Assembly: GCA_027061855.1 (NCBI GenBank)
Contig: JAMOVT010000070.1
Location: 35,322-99,321, forward strand
DNA length: 64,000 bases
Reading direction: 5' to 3'
Source of the DNA: Flavobacteriales bacterium
Lineage (GTDB): Bacteria; Bacteroidota; Bacteroidia; Flavobacteriales; Flavobacteriaceae
Shown piece after piece: positions 9,483-19,177 of the stretch. Every line of letters begins with the position of its first letter. Within the stretch, counting starts at the first letter, position 1. The notes beneath the pieces are model-generated. The model ran no database searches. It was not told the DNA's origin and worked only from the letters and a program-made list of their open reading frames with translations. A program made the translations under genes and the position numbers.

Positions 9483-10403
9483 ATGAAAATTACAGACAAA
9501 GACAAATTATTAGCCGATTGGCTGGAAGGAAATATCACTGACGAAACTCTACAAAAACAACTGACAAAAGAAGAGTATTTGCAGTTTCTTAAAATCAGAA
9601 ATGGGTTTGAATTATTGGGAAAAGTTGAGAAAAGCAAAAAGAAAATATGGAATAATCTCCAAACTGAAATCAAAACAAAACCCCAACAAAATAATTCCCG
9701 AAGAGCTAGTTTTAAAATGGCTTTCTCCTCTGTTGCAGCTGTTTTACTTCTTTTTTTATTCATTAAAATTATAGCAAATAATAAGGGAGTAAGATTCCGG
9801 AATGAAACTGCTCAAAACAAGATCCTCCTTCTCCCCGACAGTTCTGAGGTAATATTATTTGCGAATGCGGAAATAAAATACAATCCGAAAAAATGGCATA
9901 AAAAAAGAGAAGTTCTTTTAACAGGGAAAGCCTATTTCAAGGTAAAAAAAGGAGGAGATTTCATCGTCAAAACAAAACACGGTATTGTGAAAGTTGTAGG
10001 AACCGAGTTTGAAGTGGAAAGTAACGATCATCTTTTTCAGGTAATTTGTTTTGAAGGGAAGGTAATAGTGGAAACAACCGGTAAAAAAGATTTTCTTTTA
10101 ACAGCCGGAAAGGGAATCGCTATATTGAATAATCGACCGGAAGAGATACAAACCATCTGGTCCGAACCGGAATGGCTACATCATATTTATAATTATAAAA
10201 GACAAAGCCTGGGAACTGTTTTAAACGAGCTTTCAAAAATCTACCATATCCGCTTTGACACACAAAAAATAGACACAACCACCCTCATTACAGGAGGATT
10301 CCCAAAAGACAATTTAAAACTCTCTCTTCAAACGGTTCTAAAACCTATGGGAATTTCATATAAAAAAGAAGGAAATTTAATCCTATTGTATTCTGATAAT
10401 TAA
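9483..10403 (+). CDS. FecR-family anti-sigma factor / transmembrane sensor
   Basis: 306 aa. Single TM (AFSSVAAVLLLFLFI). FecR domain (LLPDSSEVILFANAEI, GKAYFKVKKGGDFIVKT, VVGTEFEV). Sits directly after the ECF sigma gene. Confidence 0.85.
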   Translation: MKITDKDKLLADWLEGNITDETLQKQLTKEEYLQFLKIRNGFELLGKVEKSKKKIWNNLQTEIKTKPQQNNSRRASFKMAFSSVAAVLLLFLFIKIIANNKGVRFRNETAQNKILLLPDSSEVILFANAEIKYNPKKWHKKREVLLTGKAYFKVKKGGDFIVKTKHGIVKVVGTEFEVESNDHLFQVICFEGKVIVETTGKKDFLLTAGKGIAILNNRPEEIQTIWSEPEWLHHIYNYKRQSLGTVLNELSKIYHIRFDTQKIDTTTLITGGFPKDNLKLSLQTVLKPMGISYKKEGNLILLYSDN

Positions 10404-12646
10404 TGCGATTTTTTCTCTTCATATACTTGGTATTTAGTTTGCATATTCTTTCTGCACAGCAAAAGGATTATCAATATTCCAATGTGCCATTGCCGGAAGT
10501 ATTGGAAGACCTGGAAAAAAATTTTCAAGTAAAATTTTCCTATCCCAACAAAGAATTTGATCCCATTTTGGTAAATATTAATTCTCACACATCCAATTTA
10601 GATGAAATTCTACAAGAAATTACTTACAGTACAGATGTTGTTTTTCATAAAATTTCAAGCCGTTTTTATTATCTCGACCTAGACCATAACATAACTCTGG
10701 ACAGTGTTATGATTCGTTCTTTCCTCGTAAAAGGAATCAGCTTGAAAAGCTCCGGTTATTTTGAGCTTAATCTCAAAAAATTAGGGCTTATTCCGGGAAA
10801 TATTGATGCGGATGTGTTTCACGGGATACAACAACTCCCCGGAGTATATAGCTTTGATGGAAGTGCTGTAAATCTGAATGTCCATGGTGGAAAATCAGAC
10901 TATAACCGCATATTATGGAATGGTATTCCCATCTACCACCGCGGGCATTTATTCGGGATGATTTCACCTTTTAATCCGAATACCAGTCAAAAAATCGATT
11001 ATTTTTACAAAGGAGTGCCTTTGAAATTTAATAATTTCACGAGCAGCGTAATGGCTATAAATACTACAGATGCAGTCCCTGAAAAAATAAAGGTAAACAC
11101 CGGAGTAAACGGTCTTGATGCCGATATAATCAGTGAAATTCCGCTTTGGAATCGAAAATTGGGAATTATTTTTTCGGCCAGAAGGTCTTATGAAAATATT
11201 TTAAAAACTTCTACTTTTGAAAAGTATCAGGAAAAAGCTTTCTACGGATTACAAATCGACCGTGAAAATTATCGTTATGGAGATATGGATATTACGGCCA
11301 ATTATTATCCTAACGAAAAAAACTATATCAAAATAAACTTCTTAATAATTCAAAACCGGTTTGAAAATAACATTAATCCCGGAGATGAAGAACATAATTA
11401 TTTAACTATCTCCAATAATGAAGGAGCTGCCATTACATGGAAAAATCAAGGGAAATTAAAAAAAAGTTTCGGGCTTTATTATACTTATTATAACCTGTAT
11501 TATCATCATAAAACTTATGAACCCGCCATAAATTTCACTACTTTTATCGATAAGTCAAATGATATTCGCAGCTACCATTTTCAATCGGATTTTTCCTATA
11601 AAATTCAAAAACATCATTTGGATTTCGGGTTTCATTCCTATAATAAAAAATTAAACTTGGATTTTAAGGAATACAAAGATATTTTTTATCATCTCGAAAC
11701 ACAAAATGCCGAAACTTGGACACATCATTTTTATTTGACCGATAAATACATCTTTGGAGAATTTACTTTTTTGGCAGGCAGCAAATTTTCCTATTATACC
11801 AATTTAAAAAAAATATATGCCGATCCTTTGCTATCTATTCATTACCGGCAATCCAAGCATTGGAATTTTCAATTGACATATGAGCAACAACGTCAGGATA
11901 TATTCCAAATAAACGAAACTTTCAACAGCAATAATTATTATTACAAAGGGCGTTTATGGCGCTTGGCCGACGGAGAAGCTTTCTATCCTTTATTAAGAAA
12001 GCAAATTACACAAACAAGCATTTACCAAAAAAGGAATTGGCTGATCAATACCGATATTTACTTTAATCGTTTTGATAATCTGTCAAGTTTATATTTGGGG
12101 CATTTGTTTGACCAAGACAATCAATTTCAAAAAGGAACCGGTAAAAGCTACGGAATCGACTTTTTTGTCAAAAAGAAATGGAAACACATTAATTTATGGA
12201 TGAAATATGCCTATTTACAATCCAAAGAAAAATTTGAACGAATTAATCGCGGAAAATATTTTGCTTCATCCCAACAGGTGGAACACAGCTTTAATATTTC
12301 TGCAATTTATAATTTTAAGCATTTCCAAACCGGCTTCTCATGGATGTACCGATCGGGAACTCCCTATACAAAAATCATCAACGGATATCTGGATGAAGAT
12401 CATATCAATGAAGCACGTCTCCCGGCTTTTCATCAGCTCAATTTTTCCTTTGCTTACCAAACCGTTTTATGTTCGAAAAAGAATATCCGTTTGAAAACCG
12501 GATTCTCATTGAGAAACATCTATAACAACCACACTCCCATCGGTGTGAGCATTAATGGAAAAAATACTTTGTATGATGAGTTAAATCAAGATTTTATTTA
12601 TCCATTGCCTTTTACTCCCAACTTTATGCTAAGGCTATTTTTCTGA
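10403..12646 (+). CDS. TonB-dependent outer-membrane receptor with N-terminal STN signalling domain (FecA-like transducer)
   Basis: 747 aa. Signal peptide, STN-like VPLPEVLEDLEKNFQVKFSY, plug-like LPGVYSFDGS...NRILWNGIPIY, a long Y/N-rich beta-barrel region and a terminal aromatic ...LRLFF. TAATG overlap with the fecR-like stop. Confidence 0.75.
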   Translation: MRFFLFIYLVFSLHILSAQQKDYQYSNVPLPEVLEDLEKNFQVKFSYPNKEFDPILVNINSHTSNLDEILQEITYSTDVVFHKISSRFYYLDLDHNITLDSVMIRSFLVKGISLKSSGYFELNLKKLGLIPGNIDADVFHGIQQLPGVYSFDGSAVNLNVHGGKSDYNRILWNGIPIYHRGHLFGMISPFNPNTSQKIDYFYKGVPLKFNNFTSSVMAINTTDAVPEKIKVNTGVNGLDADIISEIPLWNRKLGIIFSARRSYENILKTSTFEKYQEKAFYGLQIDRENYRYGDMDITANYYPNEKNYIKINFLIIQNRFENNINPGDEEHNYLTISNNEGAAITWKNQGKLKKSFGLYYTYYNLYYHHKTYEPAINFTTFIDKSNDIRSYHFQSDFSYKIQKHHLDFGFHSYNKKLNLDFKEYKDIFYHLETQNAETWTHHFYLTDKYIFGEFTFLAGSKFSYYTNLKKIYADPLLSIHYRQSKHWNFQLTYEQQRQDIFQINETFNSNNYYYKGRLWRLADGEAFYPLLRKQITQTSIYQKRNWLINTDIYFNRFDNLSSLYLGHLFDQDNQFQKGTGKSYGIDFFVKKKWKHINLWMKYAYLQSKEKFERINRGKYFASSQQVEHSFNISAIYNFKHFQTGFSWMYRSGTPYTKIINGYLDEDHINEARLPAFHQLNFSFAYQTVLCSKKNIRLKTGFSLRNIYNNHTPIGVSINGKNTLYDELNQDFIYPLPFTPNFMLRLFF

Positions 12647-12657
12647 GAAAACATTTG

Positions 12658-12665
12658 TATTTTTG
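12658..12665 (+). promoter_or_regulatory. Candidate -7 box TATTTTTG for the NUDIX gene
   Basis: Exact TAnnTTTG match 19 nt upstream of the ATG at 12684. It overlaps the TTG start used by the ORF track. Confidence 0.45.
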
Positions 12666-12683
12666 AAAGTTAAGAAAAAAAAT

Positions 12684-13157
12684 ATGCCTAAAAAAAGCGC
12701 CGGAATTTTATTATATCGCATCCATCAAAACAAGCCCGAATTTTTTCTCGTGCATCCGGGTGGTCCTTTTTGGAAAAACAAAGATCTCCATACATGGAGC
12801 ATTCCCAAAGGGGAAATCGATGAAACCGAAGATGCATATCATGCCGCTTTGCGCGAATTTCATGAAGAAACCGGAATACAAATCACTCCTGAAAAAACAA
12901 TCCCCCTCACTCCCGTTAAACAAAAAGGAGGAAAAATAATCTATGCTTGGGGCGTGAAAGGAGATTTTGACCCTGCCAAACTTAAAAGTAATACATTTGA
13001 AATGGAATGGCCGCCACGAAGCGGTAAAAAAGCGGTTTTCCCCGAAGTGGATAAGGGCGAGTGGTTTGATCTGCATGAAGCAAAAGAAAAAATCAATCCG
13101 GCTCAATATTTCCTCTTGGAAGAATTGGCAAACAAATTAAAGAAAGAAAAAGAATAA
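12684..13157 (+). CDS. NUDIX family hydrolase
   Basis: Nudix box GEIDETEDAYHAALREFHEETGI. ATG at 12684 (MPKKSAGILLY) is preferred over the TTG at 12663. Confidence 0.85.
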   Translation: MPKKSAGILLYRIHQNKPEFFLVHPGGPFWKNKDLHTWSIPKGEIDETEDAYHAALREFHEETGIQITPEKTIPLTPVKQKGGKIIYAWGVKGDFDPAKLKSNTFEMEWPPRSGKKAVFPEVDKGEWFDLHEAKEKINPAQYFLLEELANKLKKEKE

Positions 13158-13167
13158 ATTTTTGATG

Positions 13168-13175
13168 TAAATTTG
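13168..13175 (+). promoter_or_regulatory. Candidate -7 box TAAATTTG for the ABC-ATPase/lpxK/PNP operon
   Basis: Exact TAnnTTTG match 18 nt upstream of the ATG at 13193. It overlaps the GTG start used by the ORF track. Confidence 0.45.
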
Positions 13176-13192
13176 TGTTTATATCCAATAAA

Positions 13193-13855
13193 ATGATACA
13201 AGCCAAAAATTTATATAAAAAATACGGAAACCTCGAAGTTCTAAAAAACATTGATTTAAATATAAACAAAGGCGAAGTGGTGGCTATTGTCGGTCCTTCC
13301 GGAGCGGGAAAAACCACACTTTTGCAACTTTTGGGCACTTTGGACAAACCTTCCAATTCCGATTATCAATTGCAAATAAATGGAAAAGATTTAAAAAAAC
13401 TCAATGACAAAGAGCTTTCTCACTTTCGAAATAAAAATATCGGATTTATTTTTCAATTCCACCAATTACTTCCTGAATTTACAGCCCTGGAAAACGTGGC
13501 CATTCCTGCCTATATCAACGGGGTAAACAAAAAGGAAGCCGACCGAAAGGCCGCAGAATTATTGGATTTATTGGGTTTATCGGAAAGAAAAGATCATAAA
13601 CCGGCCAAACTTTCGGGAGGAGAACAGCAACGGGTGGCTGTGGCAAGAGCCTTAATCAATAATCCGGCAGTCATTATGGCTGACGAACCCAGTGGAAATC
13701 TTGACTCTGAAAATGCCAAGCAACTTCATAAATTATTTTTCGATTTACGGGACCGTTTTCATCAAACCTTTGTCATCGTTACCCATAATGAAGAGCTGGC
13801 AGAAATGTCAGATCGGAAAATCATTATGAAAGACGGAAAAATCATCAGTGAATGA
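13193..13855 (+). CDS. ABC transporter ATP-binding protein, LolD/MacB-type
   Basis: Walker [10 protein letters not shown], signature [15 protein letters not shown], Walker [15 protein letters not shown] at 13193 ([12 protein letters not shown]). Confidence 0.85.
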   Translation: MIQAKNLYKKYGNLEVLKNIDLNINKGEVVAIVGPSGAGKTTLLQLLGTLDKPSNSDYQLQINGKDLKKLNDKELSHFRNKNIGFIFQFHQLLPEFTALENVAIPAYINGVNKKEADRKAAELLDLLGLSERKDHKPAKLSGGEQQRVAVARALINNPAVIMADEPSGNLDSENAKQLHKLFFDLRDRFHQTFVIVTHNEELAEMSDRKIIMKDGKIISE

Positions 13856-15807
13856 GTTTTCTTCATCCGCAAATATTATATGCTCTTCCTCTTCTTTTGA
13901 TTCCGGTTATTATTCATCTGGTACAATGGAAAAAATACAAAAAAGAGCTTTTTACCAATGTAAATTTTCTCAAAGAGCTGGAAATAAAATCTAGAAAAAG
14001 CAAAAAACTAAAAGAAATGCTTGTTCTTCTTACACGGATTATGGCACTTCTTTTTCTGATTCTCGCTTTTGCAGGTTTAAATTTTTCCAAACAAAAATCT
14101 ACTCCACAAAAAAAAGAACAATCTATTATCTATTTGGATAATTCTTTGAGTTTATCGCTTCCTCAAAAAAAATCCAATCGTTTTTTTAATCTGAAAATGC
14201 AATTAATCGAATGGCTTGAAGACAACAAAACTTATCATTTTTTTACCAATACAGAAAATTTTTCAAATATAAAAGGAGATAAACTGAAAGACCACCTTTA
14301 TAATCAAATTCATTTAAATTATAAGCCTGCCCGACATAAAATTAATTTACAAAAAGGATTGACCGGTCTTCAAAGGGACAGTTCTTACAGACCCGTTTTT
14401 ATTTATCTTTCGGACAATCAAAATGTATTTAATGAAACGATTGACACAAGCTTACTTCCCGCGAATGTTTTATTTTTGAAGAATAAATTCCCTTCCAAAA
14501 AAATAAAAAACATCAGTCTTGACAGTTTGATTTTTTTGGGTAAAAGAAACAGGTCTCTTTCATACAGACTTTGGATAAGCGCTACCGACAGCAGTATGCA
14601 AACACCTGTAAAAATCCGCTCGGGTAACCGGATTTTATGGTCAAAACAAATTTCTTTTAAAGATTCGCTACGGCATAATCTGGACATTATACTTCCGGTT
14701 TTGCCCCGTTTGAATGCAAAAGTGGAAGTAAAAGATAAAGCCTTTGATTTTGATAACCGGTTATTTTTCACTTATCATCAACCCGAAAAAATAAAAATTT
14801 TAATCGTCGGAAAAGAAATACCGGACTTTCTATCCAAAATATATACAAAAGACGAATTCGAATTGGTCCAAAAGAATATAAATCAAGTCGATTATTCTAA
14901 TTTGAATCAATATCAACTCATTATTTTATACCACATTCCGATTATACAAAATAGCTTATCCGGATTCAAAGCCTATCTGGAAAACTATGGAAATTTGGCA
15001 ATCATCCCTGATCTGGGCAAATCCTATTCTCCGGATATTTTTAAAAACGAATTGAAAAAAACAGGTATTTATTTAGATAAATTACCGGTAATAGATACAA
15101 CAACCGTGTATCTCAATAAAATCAACTTTCATTCTCCGTTTTTTAAAGATATTTTTTTGAAACCTGTGAAAAATTTCTCTACACCGCGCATAAAAAAGCA
15201 TCTTACAATAAGACCTTCCCGGGGTTGGTTATATCGATTAAGCGACGGAACAGCACTCATTCAAAAATACAACTCAAAAGGAAGTTTATATTTATTTTCT
15301 TCCGGCCTTACAGATTCCGGTTTTCAAAATGAAGCATATTTTATCGTCCCTGTATTCTACCAAATGGCCAAGTGGCAACAGCAACAAAACAAACCTTATT
15401 TTGTTGTTGGAGAAAAAACAAGTTGGTCTGTTCCTTTAAAGAAAGTTTATCAAGATGAAGTGGTAAGATTAATTAATGAGGAAGAAGAAACGATCCCTTT
15501 TCAAATCCTAAACAAGAATCGCATAAGAATAAAAACAGATGAAAGTCCTCAAAAACCAGGTATATATGCAGTAGTATATAAGAAAGATACATTGGGATTT
15601 GCTGCCTATAATTATAGCCGAATTGAGAATACATTGAAAACCCTATTATGGCCGGAGCGTAAAAATGTCGCAGAGTTTGACCAACTAAAAAATACCATAG
15701 AGAAAATTACAACCAATGAAACGATAGATATTACCTGGAAATACCTCCTGCTTTTAAGCCTTTTGATGTTACTCATAGAAATGCTGATTATAAAATTCTG
15801 GAAATGA
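13852..15807 (+). CDS. Membrane protein with BatA-type N-terminal double-transmembrane domain; function unknown
   Basis: 651 aa. The N-terminus [21 protein letters not shown]...second TM resembles the aerotolerance BatA N-terminal / two-anchor domain. There is a C-terminal TM ([19 protein letters not shown]). ATGA overlaps on both sides. Confidence 0.6.
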   Translation: MSFLHPQILYALPLLLIPVIIHLVQWKKYKKELFTNVNFLKELEIKSRKSKKLKEMLVLLTRIMALLFLILAFAGLNFSKQKSTPQKKEQSIIYLDNSLSLSLPQKKSNRFFNLKMQLIEWLEDNKTYHFFTNTENFSNIKGDKLKDHLYNQIHLNYKPARHKINLQKGLTGLQRDSSYRPVFIYLSDNQNVFNETIDTSLLPANVLFLKNKFPSKKIKNISLDSLIFLGKRNRSLSYRLWISATDSSMQTPVKIRSGNRILWSKQISFKDSLRHNLDIILPVLPRLNAKVEVKDKAFDFDNRLFFTYHQPEKIKILIVGKEIPDFLSKIYTKDEFELVQKNINQVDYSNLNQYQLIILYHIPIIQNSLSGFKAYLENYGNLAIIPDLGKSYSPDIFKNELKKTGIYLDKLPVIDTTTVYLNKINFHSPFFKDIFLKPVKNFSTPRIKKHLTIRPSRGWLYRLSDGTALIQKYNSKGSLYLFSSGLTDSGFQNEAYFIVPVFYQMAKWQQQQNKPYFVVGEKTSWSVPLKKVYQDEVVRLINEEEETIPFQILNKNRIRIKTDESPQKPGIYAVVYKKDTLGFAAYNYSRIENTLKTLLWPERKNVAEFDQLKNTIEKITTNETIDITWKYLLLLSLLMLLIEMLIIKFWK

Positions 15808-16820
15808 AAAAAGTCATCAGAAAATATTTATTGCTTCCGTTTAGCCTCATTTACGGCTTAACCACAGAATTAAGGAATTTTCTCTATGATAAAGAAATAT
15901 TACCGGTTACTTCTTTTGATATTCCCATTATAAATATTGGAAATTTAAGCGTTGGAGGAACGGGAAAAACACCACAAGTGGAATATTTGATTCGTTTACT
16001 GAAAGATCGTTATAAAATGGCTGTTATCAGTAGAGGATATAAACGCAAAACAAAAGGATTTTACTTGGCAGATCATACCTCTACACCCGATAAAATCGGA
16101 GATGAGCCCTTTCAGATTTATCAAAAATTTCCCGAAATCATTCTTGCAGTGAGTGAAAAAAGAGTTCCCGGCATTAAAAAAATTATAAACCGGTTTCAAC
16201 CGGATATTATCCTGCTTGATGATGCTTATCAACACCGTAGCGTGAAAGCCGGACTAAATATTGTGTTAACTCCTTATCATGATTTGTTTACAGACGATTT
16301 TATTCTTCCATCGGGCAATCTTAGGGAATGCAAACACCAAATCAAACGTGCCGATCTTTTAATTGTCACTAAATCTCCCGAAGAGATAGATCGAGAAAAA
16401 ATTGAAAACAAAATCAGAAAGTTTTTCCGTAAAGATCTCTTTTTTTCTAAAATAGCTTATGAAAATACACTGATTGGAAAGGAAAAAAATTTAAAAATAG
16501 ATGATTTAAAAGAATTTGAAGTACTGGTTGTGACCGGTATTGCAAATCCTGCAAGCTTGTTTGAGTATTTATCAAAAAAAAGTATTAATTTTGATAGCTT
16601 AAAATTTGGTGATCATCATACTTATTCACAAAAGGATGTACAACAAATCAAAGCCAGTTTTGACAAGTTAAAAGGAAACCGGAAAATCATTCTGACAACG
16701 GAAAAAGATTACGTAAAGTTAGTTAAAACGGGATTGCCTGTTTTCTATTTGCCCATCAAAACGGAAATTGAAAATGAAGAATTGTTTAATAAAAAAATTT
16801 TAGAATATGTTGACAGCTGA
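15804..16820 (+). CDS. lpxK: Tetraacyldisaccharide 4'-kinase LpxK
   Basis: 338 aa. P-loop GNLSVGGTGKTP, ISRGYKRKTKG and LLDDAYQH motifs typical of LpxK. Confidence 0.9.
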   Translation: MKKVIRKYLLLPFSLIYGLTTELRNFLYDKEILPVTSFDIPIINIGNLSVGGTGKTPQVEYLIRLLKDRYKMAVISRGYKRKTKGFYLADHTSTPDKIGDEPFQIYQKFPEIILAVSEKRVPGIKKIINRFQPDIILLDDAYQHRSVKAGLNIVLTPYHDLFTDDFILPSGNLRECKHQIKRADLLIVTKSPEEIDREKIENKIRKFFRKDLFFSKIAYENTLIGKEKNLKIDDLKEFEVLVVTGIANPASLFEYLSKKSINFDSLKFGDHHTYSQKDVQQIKASFDKLKGNRKIILTTEKDYVKLVKTGLPVFYLPIKTEIENEELFNKKILEYVDS

Positions 16821-17637
16821 AAATTTATTTGAAAAATCTTTGGAAACTGCAAAATTTTTACAATCCAAAGTAAATTATACCCCCGAATATGCAATTGTAC
16901 TTGGAAGCGGATTGGGAAGTTTGGTTGAAGATATCGATGTGGAATTGGAAATTCCTTACAAGGAAATTCCCAATTTTCCCGTATCAACCGTAAAGGGACA
17001 TAAAGGCTCTTTGATATTCGGCGAATTAAATGGTAAAAAAATAGTCGCAATGAACGGTCGATTTCATTATTATGAAGGCTATAATATGAAAGAAGTAACT
17101 TTCCCCGAGCGGGTTTTCTGGCAAATGGGAATTAGAAAACTCATTGTTTCCAATGCTTCCGGTGGTGTCAATACAAGTTTTAATATCGGCGATGTAATGC
17201 TTATCAATGATCATATTAATTTTTTCCCCGAGCATCCGTTAAGAGGACCCAATGACGAACGTTTCGGACCACGATTTGTCAATATGAGTGAACCATACAG
17301 CAAAGCGATGCTGAAAGTGGTTAAAGATTATGCAGCCGAAAAAAATATCAAAATACAAGAAGGAGTGTATTTGGGTTTACAAGGGCCTACTTTTGAAACC
17401 TTGGCCGAATACACGATGGTAAGAAATGTAGGAGGAGATGCCGTTGGAATGTCTACCGTTCCCGAAGTAATTGTAGCCAAACATATGGATATGGAAGTAT
17501 TCGGTATTTCTGTTATTACCGATTTGGGTACCGCAGAATTTATTGAAGAAGTAAACCACAAAGAAGTACTTAAAGCAGCCAAAGCAGCTGAACCGATTGT
17601 CAGGGAATTGGTTGCTAAATTAGTGGAAAAGTATTAG
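16807..17637 (+). CDS. Purine nucleoside phosphorylase (trimeric PNP family)
   Basis: 276 aa. Motifs GRFHYYEGY, SNASGG, GPTFETLAE and GMSTVPE. 14-nt overlap with lpxK. Confidence 0.9.
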   Translation: MLTAENLFEKSLETAKFLQSKVNYTPEYAIVLGSGLGSLVEDIDVELEIPYKEIPNFPVSTVKGHKGSLIFGELNGKKIVAMNGRFHYYEGYNMKEVTFPERVFWQMGIRKLIVSNASGGVNTSFNIGDVMLINDHINFFPEHPLRGPNDERFGPRFVNMSEPYSKAMLKVVKDYAAEKNIKIQEGVYLGLQGPTFETLAEYTMVRNVGGDAVGMSTVPEVIVAKHMDMEVFGISVITDLGTAEFIEEVNHKEVLKAAKAAEPIVRELVAKLVEKY

Positions 17638-17654
17638 AAGAAATAAATTTCTAT

Positions 17655-17687
17655 AAAAAATGGCTGTCTTATAGGCAGCCATTTTTT
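17655..17687. terminator. Bidirectional rho-independent terminator between convergent PNP and lpd
   Basis: aaaaaATGGCTGTCttataGGCAGCCATttttt: a 9-bp stem (one G-U pair) with an A-run and a T-run. Confidence 0.8.
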
Positions 17688-17710
17688 ATATAGGAACAGA
17701 AAAATAATTA

Positions 17711-19099
17711 TCATAAATGTATCACTTCATCATAGGCATCGGCAACAGCTTCCATAATAGCTTCACTCATTGTCGGGTGAGGATGAATGGCTTTTAAAAT
17801 TGTGTGACCGGTTGCTTCGGCTTTTCTTGCCGTAACGATTTCTGCGATTAGCTCGGTTACATTATAGCCAATCATATGCGCTCCTAAGATCTCACCGTAT
17901 TTTTTATCGATAATCACTTTAACAAAACCTTCCGGATGTCCTGCCGCTTTGGCTTTTCCACTTGCGGTAAAAGGAAATTTTCCCACTCTTATTTCATAAC
18001 CTGCCTCAACAGCTTGCTTCTCTGTTAATCCGGTCGAGGATATTTCGGGAGAAGTATATATGGCCCCGGGAATATTATTATAATCGATTCGTTCGGGCAT
18101 CAATCCGGCTATTTTTTCCACACAAGTTATTCCTTCGGCAGATGCTACATGCGCTAATGCAGGCGTAGGGATTACATCACCTATCGCATAATAGCCCGGA
18201 ATATTGGTCTCATAAAAATCATTTACGATAATTTTTCCTTTTTCGGTAATAATTCCCACTTCTTCAAGACCGATATTTTTAATATTGGCTTCAATTCCTA
18301 CGGCAGAAAGTACCATATCCGCTTCAACTTCCACTTCTCCTTTTTTTGTTTTCACTTTTGCAAGGGCTTTTTTGCCGGTAGTATCTACCGAAAGCACTTC
18401 GGCGGAAGTCATTACCTTAATCTTGGATTTTTTAAAAGAACGTTCCAATTGTTTGGAAACTTCTTCATCTTCCAAAGGAGCAATACGCGGCAAATATTCT
18501 ATCAAAGTCACTTTGGTACCGAGTGAATGATAAAAATAGGCAAACTCCAATCCTATCGCTCCCGAACCTACGACAATCATACTTTCCGGTTGCTTGCTTA
18601 AAGTCATAGCCTGACGGTAACCTATAATTTTTTCTCCGTCTATCGGCATCGAAGGCAAAGATCTCGCTTTTGCTCCCGTGGCAATAATAATATGGTTGGC
18701 TTCATATAAAAACACTTCTCCATTCTCTCCTACGACTTCTACTTTTTTACCCGGTATTACCTTTCCATACCCATTGATTACCGTAATATTATTTTTACGC
18801 ATCAAAAATTCAACTCCTTTACTCATACTCTCTGCTACTCCCCTACTTCTTGTAATAATCGCAGGAAAATCGGGGGTGGCATTTTCTGTCGAAATACCAT
18901 ATTCCGCCGAATGTTTTATATCGTTAAATACTTGTGCACTTTTTAATAAAGCTTTGGTAGGAATACATCCCCAATTCAAACAGACTCCTCCCAGATTTTC
19001 TTTTTCGACTACAGCCGTATTAAATCCCAATTGGGCGGCACGAATAGCGGTTACATAACCACCGGGACCGCTTCCTATAATAATAATATCAAATTTCAT
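17711..19099 (-). CDS. lpd: Dihydrolipoyl dehydrogenase (E3)
   Basis: 462 aa. FAD motif IIIGSGPGGY, redox disulfide GGVCLNWGCIPTK, C-terminal HPHPTMSE. Confidence 0.93.
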   Translation of the reverse strand: MKFDIIIIGSGPGGYVTAIRAAQLGFNTAVVEKENLGGVCLNWGCIPTKALLKSAQVFNDIKHSAEYGISTENATPDFPAIITRSRGVAESMSKGVEFLMRKNNITVINGYGKVIPGKKVEVVGENGEVFLYEANHIIIATGAKARSLPSMPIDGEKIIGYRQAMTLSKQPESMIVVGSGAIGLEFAYFYHSLGTKVTLIEYLPRIAPLEDEEVSKQLERSFKKSKIKVMTSAEVLSVDTTGKKALAKVKTKKGEVEVEADMVLSAVGIEANIKNIGLEEVGIITEKGKIIVNDFYETNIPGYYAIGDVIPTPALAHVASAEGITCVEKIAGLMPERIDYNNIPGAIYTSPEISSTGLTEKQAVEAGYEIRVGKFPFTASGKAKAAGHPEGFVKVIIDKKYGEILGAHMIGYNVTELIAEIVTARKAEATGHTILKAIHPHPTMSEAIMEAVADAYDEVIHL

Positions 19100-19118
19100 C
19101 GGTATATAATTTTGTTCT

Positions 19119-19126
19119 CAAAGATA
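19119..19126 (-). promoter_or_regulatory. Candidate -7 box (TATCTTTG on minus strand) for lpd
   Basis: Plus-strand caaagata, 19 nt upstream of the lpd ATG (19099). Confidence 0.45.
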
Positions 19127-19177
19127 ACAAAAAAAGACGGTTGAAAAAGAAATGAAAAACAGAAAAAAGAAAGAAAA

